DNA from: Candidatus Bathyarchaeota archaeon
GTDB lineage: Archaea; Thermoproteota; Bathyarchaeia; Bathyarchaeales; Bathycorpusculaceae
Reading direction: 5' to 3'
NCBI GenBank assembly: GCA_963832745.1
Contig: CAWHVC010000005.1
Span: forward strand, 224,001 to 288,000
DNA length: 64,000 bases
Positions 17,349 to 25,872 of this stretch are shown here, one piece after another (positions within the stretch are counted from its first letter, which is position 1; every line of letters starts with the position of its first letter). The translations under genes and the position numbers were made by a program. A model generated the notes under the pieces. That model saw nothing but the letters and a program-made list of their open reading frames with translations. It was not told the origin of the DNA and made no database searches.

Positions 17349-20093
17349 ATGAAACAAAAAATTGTTGCGTTTAGCCTTATGCTAACTCTTTTCATTTTAG
17401 CCCCTATAATATTCGTTAATCCAACAATTGCCAACTCCCCCACTTCAAATGCTGTTCAGAGTATTGGCATGTCGCCTGCTGATTGGCCCCTTTTTCGCCA
17501 TGACGCAGCAAACACTGGTTCCCCCGACAATAACGCGCCAGTAACACATGACCTTCTATGGAGCAAAAACATCTTAGTTGACCAAAATGCTTTCTCCATA
17601 GTCGGTTCATCTCCCGCTATAGTAAATGGGGTAGTCTACATTGGCTCTGATGACGGTTACCTATATGCATTCAATGCTCTTAACGGTGACCAAGTTTGGA
17701 GCCAAAAAGTTGGTGGTTCCTCTGTTTCTTCACCTGCTGTTGTAGATGGCTTGGTTTATGTACGCGACTGGTATGGTAGTGACTACGCTTTTAATGCCTC
17801 CACTGGCAAAGAAGTGTGGACTTATTCGGCTGGTTGGAGTTACTCTTCACCCGCAGTCGATAACGGAATCTATTATGCACGTTCATCTGGATATATTACT
17901 GCCTTAAACGCTTCAACAGGTTCGCTTATTTGGCGTTCAACTCTGTGGGGCAACGGAGATGGCTCTCCAATAATTGTTGACGACACTATTTACTTAGCTG
18001 AATCTGGCTTGGTGTATGCTCTAAATGCACAGGATGGTTCGCTTAAATGGAGCAAAGACCTCCAGTATGCTAGCAACACAGACAACGCCCCTACGGTCTT
18101 CAATGACATTCTTTACATATCTTGCCAAAGTGAAACTTTTTTCGCGTTAGACGCAGAAACAGGCGATTCAATATGGAATTTTACAGCTGGAGCCAGTCCC
18201 CACTCGACCGCAGTAATATCTGACGGTATCCTTTATCTTGGAAGCGGCTTTCACGGTGTTTTCGCTCTTAATGCTGCTACTGGTGCTCAAATTTGGAATT
18301 ACCCAATTTCTCCTGGGATGGGTTCCTCTGTAGCTGTCGCAGGGGAAAACGTCTATTTTGAAGGTACTAACGGTGTTATGTATGCACTAAATACTGTTAC
18401 AGGCCTACAAATATGGAGTTACCCCCTCGGCATTACCGGTACGACCTCTTCGCCCTCAATCGCCAACGGAATTCTATATATAAGAAGCGATAATGGCTAC
18501 ATATTCGCCTTTGGTAAAGCGTCTGCTCCTTCAATTTCTCTCTCCCCCGCATTTGGTCTTCCAGGAACAAATTCTAAAGTGTCTGGAAGCGGCTTCACAG
18601 TTGGCTCAACAATAACAGCAACCTTTTGGAGAAATCCGGTTATATTAAGCAACTCAGCGGTAGATTCATTAGGGCACGTTTCAGCCACTTTTCAAGTTCC
18701 AGATTATTCACCGTACAATTACCCAATAATAGTTGCTGACGCTGCTGGTCTATCTACTTCATCAAACTTTACTATCCTCGGAAACCCAACCACATCTTGG
18801 CCCATGTACATGCATGATCCACAACATTCCGGAACATCCGATAATATTCAGCCAACCAGCCATGACTCGCTTTGGACCTATTCGGTAGATAAGGGTGACA
18901 TTATGAACTCGATAGCATCCTCTGCTGCTGTTGTTGGAGGAATAGTTTATGGTTCCTCGTTGAACGGCTTTGTTTATGCTCTGAACGCTTACACAGGTGT
19001 TTGCTACTGGAAATTCAATGTTGGTGGAACACATTCTTCTCCGGCAGTCGTCAACGGCGTTGTATACGTAGGCGGCAGTAGGGGATTGTACGCAATAAAC
19101 GCTTATACTGGTAACCAAATTTGGGTTTCCTCACAGGCAATAGACGCCTTAATCTCATCTCCAACAGTTTCTGGCGGTCTAGTTTACACCGGTTCTTTTG
19201 CTGAGCGCAGTTTCTATGCTTTCAGTGCCTCAGATGGTCAATTAGTGTGGCAGTTCCAAACGGGGGACTATGCTCAAGGGTCGCCTACAGTAATCGGAAA
19301 TACAGTCTATGCTAGCTCTTATGACGGGTACCTATACGCGTTGGATGCTTTGAATGGTACTTTACTATGGAAATATAAATGTGTGGAGTCCGGTGACTCG
19401 TTATATAATTCGCCGTCAGTTGTTGATGAAGTTGCATATGTTGTCACGTACAAAGGCCGCCTCTTAGCTTTAGATGCATATACTGGAAACAAAATTTGGA
19501 ACCAAACAATTGCCCAGGCAGGTCCTAGTTCATTGCCGGTTTACTCGAATGGGACACTATATCTTTCTACTCAAAATGGCGTTTATGCTCTCGATGCAAG
19601 TTCGGGACAAGAAATTTGGTGCTCGACTTTATCTCAGGTAAGTGTCTCTCCCGCCATAGTTGGAGATGTGCTATACGCAGGGTCATCTGACGGCTGTGTA
19701 AGCGCAATAAATACGTCGACAGGAACCACATTATGGCAGTATCAAACAGGCAGCTATCTTAGAGCGCCAGTATCAATAGCAAATGGGGGCATCTATTTTG
19801 GAACAGCATCTGGCAAAATTTGTGCAATAGGCTCTCCATTGAATCAACCGACTCCATCCCCCACGTCTACGACAACACAAATCCCTTCAACAACCCCTGC
19901 CTCCACAGCCGCCTCATCCACTTCAACAGCCTCTTCAACTTCAAACCCCTCTACCCAACAACCAACTAACAATGTAGATGATGTTCCTCATGCTCCAGAA
20001 TCGCCAGTTGTTTTAATCATCGGCGGCCTAATAGGTTCAATCGTAGTTGCTGGATACGTAAGATTAACAAAAAACAAGCGGAAAATAACCTAG
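17349..20093 (+). CDS. Secreted double PQQ-like beta-propeller protein with Ig-like linker and C-terminal TM anchor
   Basis: Many SSPAVxxGxVY...YALNAxTGxxxW repeats; two WPxxxHDxxxxG starts; ST-rich linker; APES + TM + basic tail. Confidence 0.9.
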   Translation: MKQKIVAFSLMLTLFILAPIIFVNPTIANSPTSNAVQSIGMSPADWPLFRHDAANTGSPDNNAPVTHDLLWSKNILVDQNAFSIVGSSPAIVNGVVYIGSDDGYLYAFNALNGDQVWSQKVGGSSVSSPAVVDGLVYVRDWYGSDYAFNASTGKEVWTYSAGWSYSSPAVDNGIYYARSSGYITALNASTGSLIWRSTLWGNGDGSPIIVDDTIYLAESGLVYALNAQDGSLKWSKDLQYASNTDNAPTVFNDILYISCQSETFFALDAETGDSIWNFTAGASPHSTAVISDGILYLGSGFHGVFALNAATGAQIWNYPISPGMGSSVAVAGENVYFEGTNGVMYALNTVTGLQIWSYPLGITGTTSSPSIANGILYIRSDNGYIFAFGKASAPSISLSPAFGLPGTNSKVSGSGFTVGSTITATFWRNPVILSNSAVDSLGHVSATFQVPDYSPYNYPIIVADAAGLSTSSNFTILGNPTTSWPMYMHDPQHSGTSDNIQPTSHDSLWTYSVDKGDIMNSIASSAAVVGGIVYGSSLNGFVYALNAYTGVCYWKFNVGGTHSSPAVVNGVVYVGGSRGLYAINAYTGNQIWVSSQAIDALISSPTVSGGLVYTGSFAERSFYAFSASDGQLVWQFQTGDYAQGSPTVIGNTVYASSYDGYLYALDALNGTLLWKYKCVESGDSLYNSPSVVDEVAYVVTYKGRLLALDAYTGNKIWNQTIAQAGPSSLPVYSNGTLYLSTQNGVYALDASSGQEIWCSTLSQVSVSPAIVGDVLYAGSSDGCVSAINTSTGTTLWQYQTGSYLRAPVSIANGGIYFGTASGKICAIGSPLNQPTPSPTSTTTQIPSTTPASTAASSTSTASSTSNPSTQQPTNNVDDVPHAPESPVVLIIGGLIGSIVVAGYVRLTKNKRKIT

Positions 20094-20145
20094 CGGGCTG
20101 GCCCAAAAACCATTGTATTTATTTTAGTGCTTTATCATTTTAGGG

Positions 20146-21033
20146 TTGATGTCAGGCAAAGAGTTTTTCCTAAACCGTTACGAGCAACTGGGCTGGAAAT
20201 ATCTACCAGTTAAGCTGCGGCAAGCCATACGTTTCAACCAAACCAACGTTAAAGGGCAAGATTTAGTTTTGCGGCTATCCAGTTTAGGGGTGAATCTGGA
20301 AAAAATCAGTTTCTTGCCTCAGGGCTACTGGGTTTTGGATTCAAACGTTTCTGTAGGTGCCACAGCCGAGTACTTGCTGGGTTTGTATTCGGTGCAGGAA
20401 GCCGCCGCCCAAATCCCAGTCACATTATTCACCAACCTGAAAGACAAAAAGGTGCTTGACGCTTCAGCAGCACCCGGCGGAAAAACCGTGCAGTTAGCAG
20501 ACAACATGGAAAACACGGGCAGCATAATCGCAATAGACATTAACAAACGCCGCTTAACCGCCTTAAGCAACCATCTGGAACGTTGCCACGTGAAAAACAC
20601 GGTTGTTTATCAGCTTGACGCCCGAAACGCGCCAAAAATGGCTTTAAAATTCAACCGAATACTTGTTGATGCTCCGTGCAGCGGCAACTTTGCAGGTGAC
20701 TCTGACTGGTTCCAAAATCGCACCATGCAAGATGTTGAACGCAACGCCCGAGTGCAACGCGAAATGCTCATGAAAGCCTCCGAATGCCTAACCCCAGACG
20801 GAGAAATTGTTTACTCAACCTGCTCATTGGAGCCCGAAGAGGACGAATTAAACATGGATTGGGCAATAAACAGGCTGGACCTGCAAATAGCCGAAATAAA
20901 TTGCCCCGGAACTCCCGGGTTAACCAACATTTTCGGCAAACAATTAGACCCGTCAGTTGCGTTTTGCCGCAGGTTTTGGCCTGACCAGACGCAAGGCTTT
21001 TTTGTATGTAAACTTGTGAGGCGCAATGCATGA
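20146..21033 (+). CDS. RsmB/NOP2/Sun family RNA m5C methyltransferase
   Basis: LDASAAPGGKT, VDAPCSG and YSTCS motifs. Confidence 0.92.
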   Translation: MMSGKEFFLNRYEQLGWKYLPVKLRQAIRFNQTNVKGQDLVLRLSSLGVNLEKISFLPQGYWVLDSNVSVGATAEYLLGLYSVQEAAAQIPVTLFTNLKDKKVLDASAAPGGKTVQLADNMENTGSIIAIDINKRRLTALSNHLERCHVKNTVVYQLDARNAPKMALKFNRILVDAPCSGNFAGDSDWFQNRTMQDVERNARVQREMLMKASECLTPDGEIVYSTCSLEPEEDELNMDWAINRLDLQIAEINCPGTPGLTNIFGKQLDPSVAFCRRFWPDQTQGFFVCKLVRRNA

Positions 21034-21509
21034 AAGCGAAGGCAGTTTTGGATTTTGCTTTGCAGTTTGGCGTAAAAATTAACTTCAACGAGGACCTAAT
21101 AGTTCAGCAGGATGGACGCTTTTTCCTGTTAAACAGCCAAATTAAACCTCTTGTTAAAGCTGACTTCTTTTACGCTGGTACTTTTTTGGGTAAAGTTAAG
21201 GCGGGCAAATTCTTTCCAAGCTTCAACCTGCTCTTGATGCTTGCACAGCAGGAAGCAAATCGTGTTGTTGTTGACAGAAAAGCTGGTTGGCTGTTCATCT
21301 GTGGCAGAGACATCTTTAAGAAGGGTATAATTCGAACGCATGGTCAGGTTAGGCGTAACTGTCATGTTTTGGTGCTTAACGAATTTGGTGAATGTCTTGG
21401 GTTTGGCAGGGTCCTATCTGGGATGGAGCAGCAGGTGGAAAAGGGAGCGGTTGCGGTGGCTAATGTGTTGGATGTGGGTGACTTTTTGCGTCGTGAGCGG
21501 GGTTTATAG
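21030..21509 (+). CDS. NIP7-like PUA-domain ribosome biogenesis protein
   Basis: LFICGRDIF, NEFGECLGFG, DVGDFLRRE; coupled to the NOP2 homolog by ATGA overlap. Confidence 0.8.
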   Translation: MKAKAVLDFALQFGVKINFNEDLIVQQDGRFFLLNSQIKPLVKADFFYAGTFLGKVKAGKFFPSFNLLLMLAQQEANRVVVDRKAGWLFICGRDIFKKGIIRTHGQVRRNCHVLVLNEFGECLGFGRVLSGMEQQVEKGAVAVANVLDVGDFLRRERGL

Positions 21510-21722
21510 GTGTTGTCGGTTGTTTATTGTTTAGCGGTTTGTTTGTTCTAACTGTGCCTGCGAGGCTGTTTAGTTAGCACACTATTTCAACAAAACTTTG
21601 ACCCATTGAACATTTATCTAATACAGTTAGCGATAAACTTATATATGTTTACGTTTAACATGTTTTCCATAACATCTGGAAACGGGATAGCAAGCTTATA
21701 TAAAAAGGGAGACAGCAATTAA

Positions 21723-23087
21723 ATGAAGAATTTCAAAGATGCAGTTTGGAAAGAGAATGTAACCCAAGTTGTTAAAACAATCCAAGAGAAAGACATCAAA
21801 TTCGTCAGGCTTCAATTTACCGACATAAACGGTATGTTGAAAAACCTTGCCGTAAGCTCCAAAAACATTGAAAGTATTTTTGAAAACGGACAATCATTCG
21901 ACGGGTCCTCAATTACCGGTTACAGGCCAATTGAAGAATCCGACATGGTTCTGTACCCAGACCCAACAACCTTCGCTATACTGCCATGGCGTCCAAAAGA
22001 AAAATCCTCCTGCAGACTAATCTGCGACATATACACGCCACAAAACAAACGCTTTGAAGGAGACCCACGCTACATTCTCGAAAGAGCAGTAGAAAAAGCA
22101 CACAAAGCAGGATACACTTACATATGCGCTCCAGAACTCGAATTCTTCATCGTAAAAGAAGCAGAGAACGGCGGATTACCAACACCAATCGACCTAGCAG
22201 GATACTTTGACTTCCACCCAGGCGACCTCACAGATGACCTCAGACGTGAAATCGCCGACACAGCAGAAGCATTCGGCATAGAAATCGAAATCAGCCACCA
22301 CGAAGTAGCCTTAGGCCAAAACGAAATCGACTTCAAATACGGCGAAGCCCTCGTCACAGCTGACCGCGCAATCACCATGAAAATGTGCGGAAAAGTAGTA
22401 GCTGCACGAGCAGGATACATGGCCACTTACATGCCAAAACCATTCCAAGGAATCAACGGCAGCGGCATGCACTGTCACCAAAGCCTCTGGAGTGCCGACG
22501 GCGCAGCAAACATGTTTTACTCCGAAAGCGCCAAAAACGGTTACCTCTCAGATCTTGCACGCAACTTCATCGGTGGACAACTCGCCCATGGACGAAAAAT
22601 GTGTGCAGTCCTTAACAGTTGGCCAAACAGCTTCAAACGATTAGTTCCAGGATACGAAGCACCAGTCTATCTTGCATGGGCACACAAGAACCGCAGCCCA
22701 CTTATCCGTGTACCTAACTTTGGCGGAAGAAAAAGCGCTGCAAGATGCGAAATCAGATGCCCAGACGGCGCCGGCAACCCGTACCTGCAATTTGCTGTAC
22801 TCTTAGCAGCAGGCCTTGACGGTATCAAGAACAAGACTGACCCAGGCGACCCAGTAGAACTAAACGTTTACCACATGAGCTATGAAGAACGCAAAGACCG
22901 CGGAATTGTTTCACTGCCGGAATCACTCAAAGAAGCACTCGACGAATTTGAAACCAGCGACCTCATGAAAGAAACCCTTGGCGAAACAGCCTTTGAAAAC
23001 TTCCTTAAAGAAAAACGCCGCGAATGGGACGCATACAGACTACAAGTCACCGAGTGGGAAGTTAACCGTTACATCAAACGACTCTAA
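21723..23087 (+). CDS. glnA: Glutamine synthetase type I
   Basis: FDGSSI, HHEVALGQNEI, MPKPFQGINGSGMHCHQS, RLVPGYEAP motifs. Confidence 0.96.
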   Translation: MKNFKDAVWKENVTQVVKTIQEKDIKFVRLQFTDINGMLKNLAVSSKNIESIFENGQSFDGSSITGYRPIEESDMVLYPDPTTFAILPWRPKEKSSCRLICDIYTPQNKRFEGDPRYILERAVEKAHKAGYTYICAPELEFFIVKEAENGGLPTPIDLAGYFDFHPGDLTDDLRREIADTAEAFGIEIEISHHEVALGQNEIDFKYGEALVTADRAITMKMCGKVVAARAGYMATYMPKPFQGINGSGMHCHQSLWSADGAANMFYSESAKNGYLSDLARNFIGGQLAHGRKMCAVLNSWPNSFKRLVPGYEAPVYLAWAHKNRSPLIRVPNFGGRKSAARCEIRCPDGAGNPYLQFAVLLAAGLDGIKNKTDPGDPVELNVYHMSYEERKDRGIVSLPESLKEALDEFETSDLMKETLGETAFENFLKEKRREWDAYRLQVTEWEVNRYIKRL

Positions 23088-23099
23088 AACCACAAAAAA

Positions 23100-23118
23100 G
23101 TAAGCCTTTTTGGCTTAC
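23100..23118. terminator. Hairpin between convergent glnA and hisS
   Basis: GTAAGCC-TTTTT-GGCTTAC flanked by A/T runs. Confidence 0.5.
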
Positions 23119-23142
23119 AACAAAACTTCTTTTTTAAAAAAT

Positions 23143-24417
23143 TTATTTTTTGATTTTTTCAAGCAAACCTGTGATTGGAACTGTTGTTTGTTCATGTTTT
23201 TTTAGGTCTTTAACAACCACTGTGCCCTCTTTAAGTTCGCGTTCGCCAACGATAACAGCGTAATCAAGGCTACGTTTGTCTGCCGCTTCTAATGCTTTGC
23301 CCATTTTGCGTCCCATAACCTCGAATTCTACCGAAACACCTTCATTGCGCAGAGACTGTGCAATTTTTAATGCTTCAGTCTTTACTGATTCAGTGATTGG
23401 GATTACCACTGCATGTTTTTCCTCTTTAGTTGATAGGGCTGTGTTTTGGGTTTGAAGCGCAATTGCTATTCGGTCTATTCCATGTGCGCAGCCGACTGCG
23501 GGGGTGGATTCTCCTCCGAATGCTTCGATTAATCGGTCGTATCTTCCTCCGCCTCCAAGAGCAATTTCCAACTGTGGAATGTAGATTTCGAAAATCATGC
23601 CCGTATAGTATTCGAGGCCACGAGCGAAGGCTGGGTCAACAGTTAAACAAAGTTCAGTACTTGAAGTGATAAGCGTTAGGATTTCAGATAGGTTTTCGGC
23701 TGCTGCTTTAGCGTTCTCGTAACCAGAAACTAAGGCTTTAACTTGTTCAATCGTGTCACGCCAATCTTTTCCTTTAATGTCAATTAAGCCCTGAAGTGTT
23801 GTTCGGCATTTTTCGGATTCTACAAGCTTAAGCGCTAAGTCATACTCTTTTTTGTCCATGCGCTGCAGAACTGCGTTTTGAGTTTTCTCGTCAACTCCAT
23901 CTTGGCTTAGAATGCCGCGGATGACGCCGATGTGACCAATCTTGAAAGCGTACCCTTGCAATCCAAGTGCCCACATGAAACGGTTGGTTAGTAGGACGAT
24001 TTCGGTGTCTGCTTCTGGCTTGTTTGAACCCATTAATTCAAAGTTTGACTGCCAAAACTCCCTGTACCTGCCCCGTTGAGGTTCGTCATACCTGTAAACG
24101 GTGCCTACACTAAACAGTCGTAGCGGTTTTGGCTCATTTTTCAGGGCTGTCGTGGCTAAACGCGCGATTGAAGCGGTGAATTCTGGGCGTAAGGCAACTT
24201 GGCGTTTTCCTAAGTCTTCAAAAATGAACATTCTTTGGCGTATTTCGTCGCCTGATTTGGCGCTTAACAATTCTAAGGGTTCAACGTGTGGGGTGATGGC
24301 TTCTTTGAATCCGAAAAGATTGGCGGTTTCGCGTGCTTTTGTTATTACATGGGTGAATGTTTGGGCTTCTTGGCCAAGTAAATCTCGCATTCCGCGGACT
24401 GTCTGGAAAGATGGCAT
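23143..24417 (-). CDS. hisS: Histidine--tRNA ligase
   Basis: VRGMRD, LRPEFT, YRYDEPQRGRYREF, ARGLEYYTG, GGGRYD motifs. Confidence 0.97.
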   Translation of the reverse strand: MPSFQTVRGMRDLLGQEAQTFTHVITKARETANLFGFKEAITPHVEPLELLSAKSGDEIRQRMFIFEDLGKRQVALRPEFTASIARLATTALKNEPKPLRLFSVGTVYRYDEPQRGRYREFWQSNFELMGSNKPEADTEIVLLTNRFMWALGLQGYAFKIGHIGVIRGILSQDGVDEKTQNAVLQRMDKKEYDLALKLVESEKCRTTLQGLIDIKGKDWRDTIEQVKALVSGYENAKAAAENLSEILTLITSSTELCLTVDPAFARGLEYYTGMIFEIYIPQLEIALGGGGRYDRLIEAFGGESTPAVGCAHGIDRIAIALQTQNTALSTKEEKHAVVIPITESVKTEALKIAQSLRNEGVSVEFEVMGRKMGKALEAADKRSLDYAVIVGERELKEGTVVVKDLKKHEQTTVPITGLLEKIKK

Positions 24418-24510
24418 ACAACAACTTCCTTTTTCTGTAAGTTTAACTTGGTTATTGATGATGCACTTATTCTTTTAAACTCTATCTTAAACCTGCTATA
24501 AGTTTGTCAG

Positions 24511-24557
24511 CCTATTTAGGCTCTAATAGTCAATCATTGCAGAAAAGGATATAGAGA
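24511..24557 (+). repeat. Dispersed intergenic repeat, partial copy F
   Basis: CCTATTTAGGCTCTAATAG...CATTGCAGAAAA. Confidence 0.5.
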
Positions 24558-24627
24558 AACCACTAACGTTAACCTATTTGTTCATTGGATTAGCTGGAAA
24601 AACAAGAGTTTTAGAATTTTCCAAGAA

Positions 24628-24765
24628 CTACCCCACATGGTGACCAACCACGTCTTCGCCGTGAAACTCGCTGTGTTCTCTGCGCAGATGCTCCAAGTGA
24701 ACTCCGTGCAGATGAGCTTCGACGGCTTCTTTTAGGGGGAAAAGTTTGCCGCATTCAGGACACAT
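24628..24765 (-). CDS. Small C2H2 zinc-finger protein with His-rich tail (45 aa from ATG; possibly frameshifted from a TTG at 24854)
   Basis: MCPECGKLFPLKEAVEAHLHGVHLEHLRREHSEFHGEDVVGHHVG; not in the ORF track. Confidence 0.65.
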   Translation of the reverse strand: MCPECGKLFPLKEAVEAHLHGVHLEHLRREHSEFHGEDVVGHHVG

Positions 24766-24970
24766 AAACTGGTTCCGGTTAACCTCAACAGCTGAGTATC
24801 GTGCCCAGCTGTATGTTTGGGTTCAGTGTTAACTGACTGAATAATTGAAGCCAAAAATTTACACCTCAAAAAATTCTAGCCACTTCGCATGCAATGAACA
24901 TATGTGATAAACACCAAACAGTCACATAAATCATTAATTTGAAACTCGCAGGTGACAAAATGAAGAAGCT

Positions 24971-25100
24971 GCCTATTTGAAGCCTATTAGAGGTTCTATG
25001 TTAAAACCTATAGAGGGTAGGGTGAAACCAGCCTAAAAAGGCAAAACACTAAGGGGGTAGGTGCTAATGGCTGAAAAACAAACCAAAGTATGTTGAAAAA
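24971..25100 (+). repeat. Dispersed intergenic repeat, copy B
   Basis: CCTATTTGAAGCCTATTAGAGGTTCTATGTTAAAACCTATAGAGGGTAGG...AAGGGGGTAGGTGCTAATGGCTGAAAA...AGTATGTTGAAA. Confidence 0.8.
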
Positions 25101-25114
25101 CTAAAAAAAGATGG

Positions 25115-25858
25115 TTAGGCTTCAAGCAACGTCTTTAACAATCTAATTGCTGACCACGCTGCCAACGCGCTTGTGTGTGGGTTGTCTGGGTGTGGGTCGT
25201 TGGCAAATTGCATGTGCATTTCCCCGTAGCGCCATTTGACGTTGATTTCGTGTGTGTTGCGTTTGACTTTTGGGTCGGAGACTACTTGGACTTTGACTTT
25301 TGCGGGTTTTACTGTTAGGGCTAAGGTGGCAGCGACGTTCATTTCACGGGGGAATTTTTGTGCGGCTTCTTTTGCGTAGCCTTCGTAAACGATGAGTTCT
25401 TCAGTGTTGTCTTTACCGAGGGCTTTAGGAGGTTTATGTGTGGTTAACGTGATTTCTTCAATGCCAGCTATTGCAGCACTCGAAAGCGCGTCTAAACCGC
25501 CGATTGCACCTGCTGGAAAATGAACACGCGGACTTGAAGTGTCAAGATTAAGCAATGCACCTGTGCTCATGACAATAAAGTCAACGTCAGCAGCTACAAG
25601 TTTATCAAAGTATTCAGTGACAGCTTTCTGGGAAGCAGCTTCCACAACCACTTTAGGCTTCTGCGCAAGCAAAGTATCTACGCTATCAACTACTTTGACT
25701 GGAAACTGCAGTTTACTTTTTAGGTTTTGAGCACGCAGTTGGTCCACGTCATAAACAACTAGTTCTTCACATTTTACGAGTTCACGCTGAACTGCTTCAG
25801 CAAGTACGGTGCCGATTGCGCCAGCGCCGATTAAACCAACACGTTTAGGTTTAGCCAT
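25115..25858 (-). CDS. nadX: L-aspartate dehydrogenase (DUF108)
   Basis: GLIGAGAIG, VVEAASQ, GAIGGLD, NVAATL, HPDNPHTSALAA motifs. Confidence 0.85.
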   Translation of the reverse strand: MAKPKRVGLIGAGAIGTVLAEAVQRELVKCEELVVYDVDQLRAQNLKSKLQFPVKVVDSVDTLLAQKPKVVVEAASQKAVTEYFDKLVAADVDFIVMSTGALLNLDTSSPRVHFPAGAIGGLDALSSAAIAGIEEITLTTHKPPKALGKDNTEELIVYEGYAKEAAQKFPREMNVAATLALTVKPAKVKVQVVSDPKVKRNTHEINVKWRYGEMHMQFANDPHPDNPHTSALAAWSAIRLLKTLLEA

Positions 25859-25872
25859 GTTTTTTTCGCCTT

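Noticed and set aside
24971-25100. Dispersed repeats as a CRISPR array
   Set aside because: No regular identical repeat-spacer structure and no cas genes in the window.
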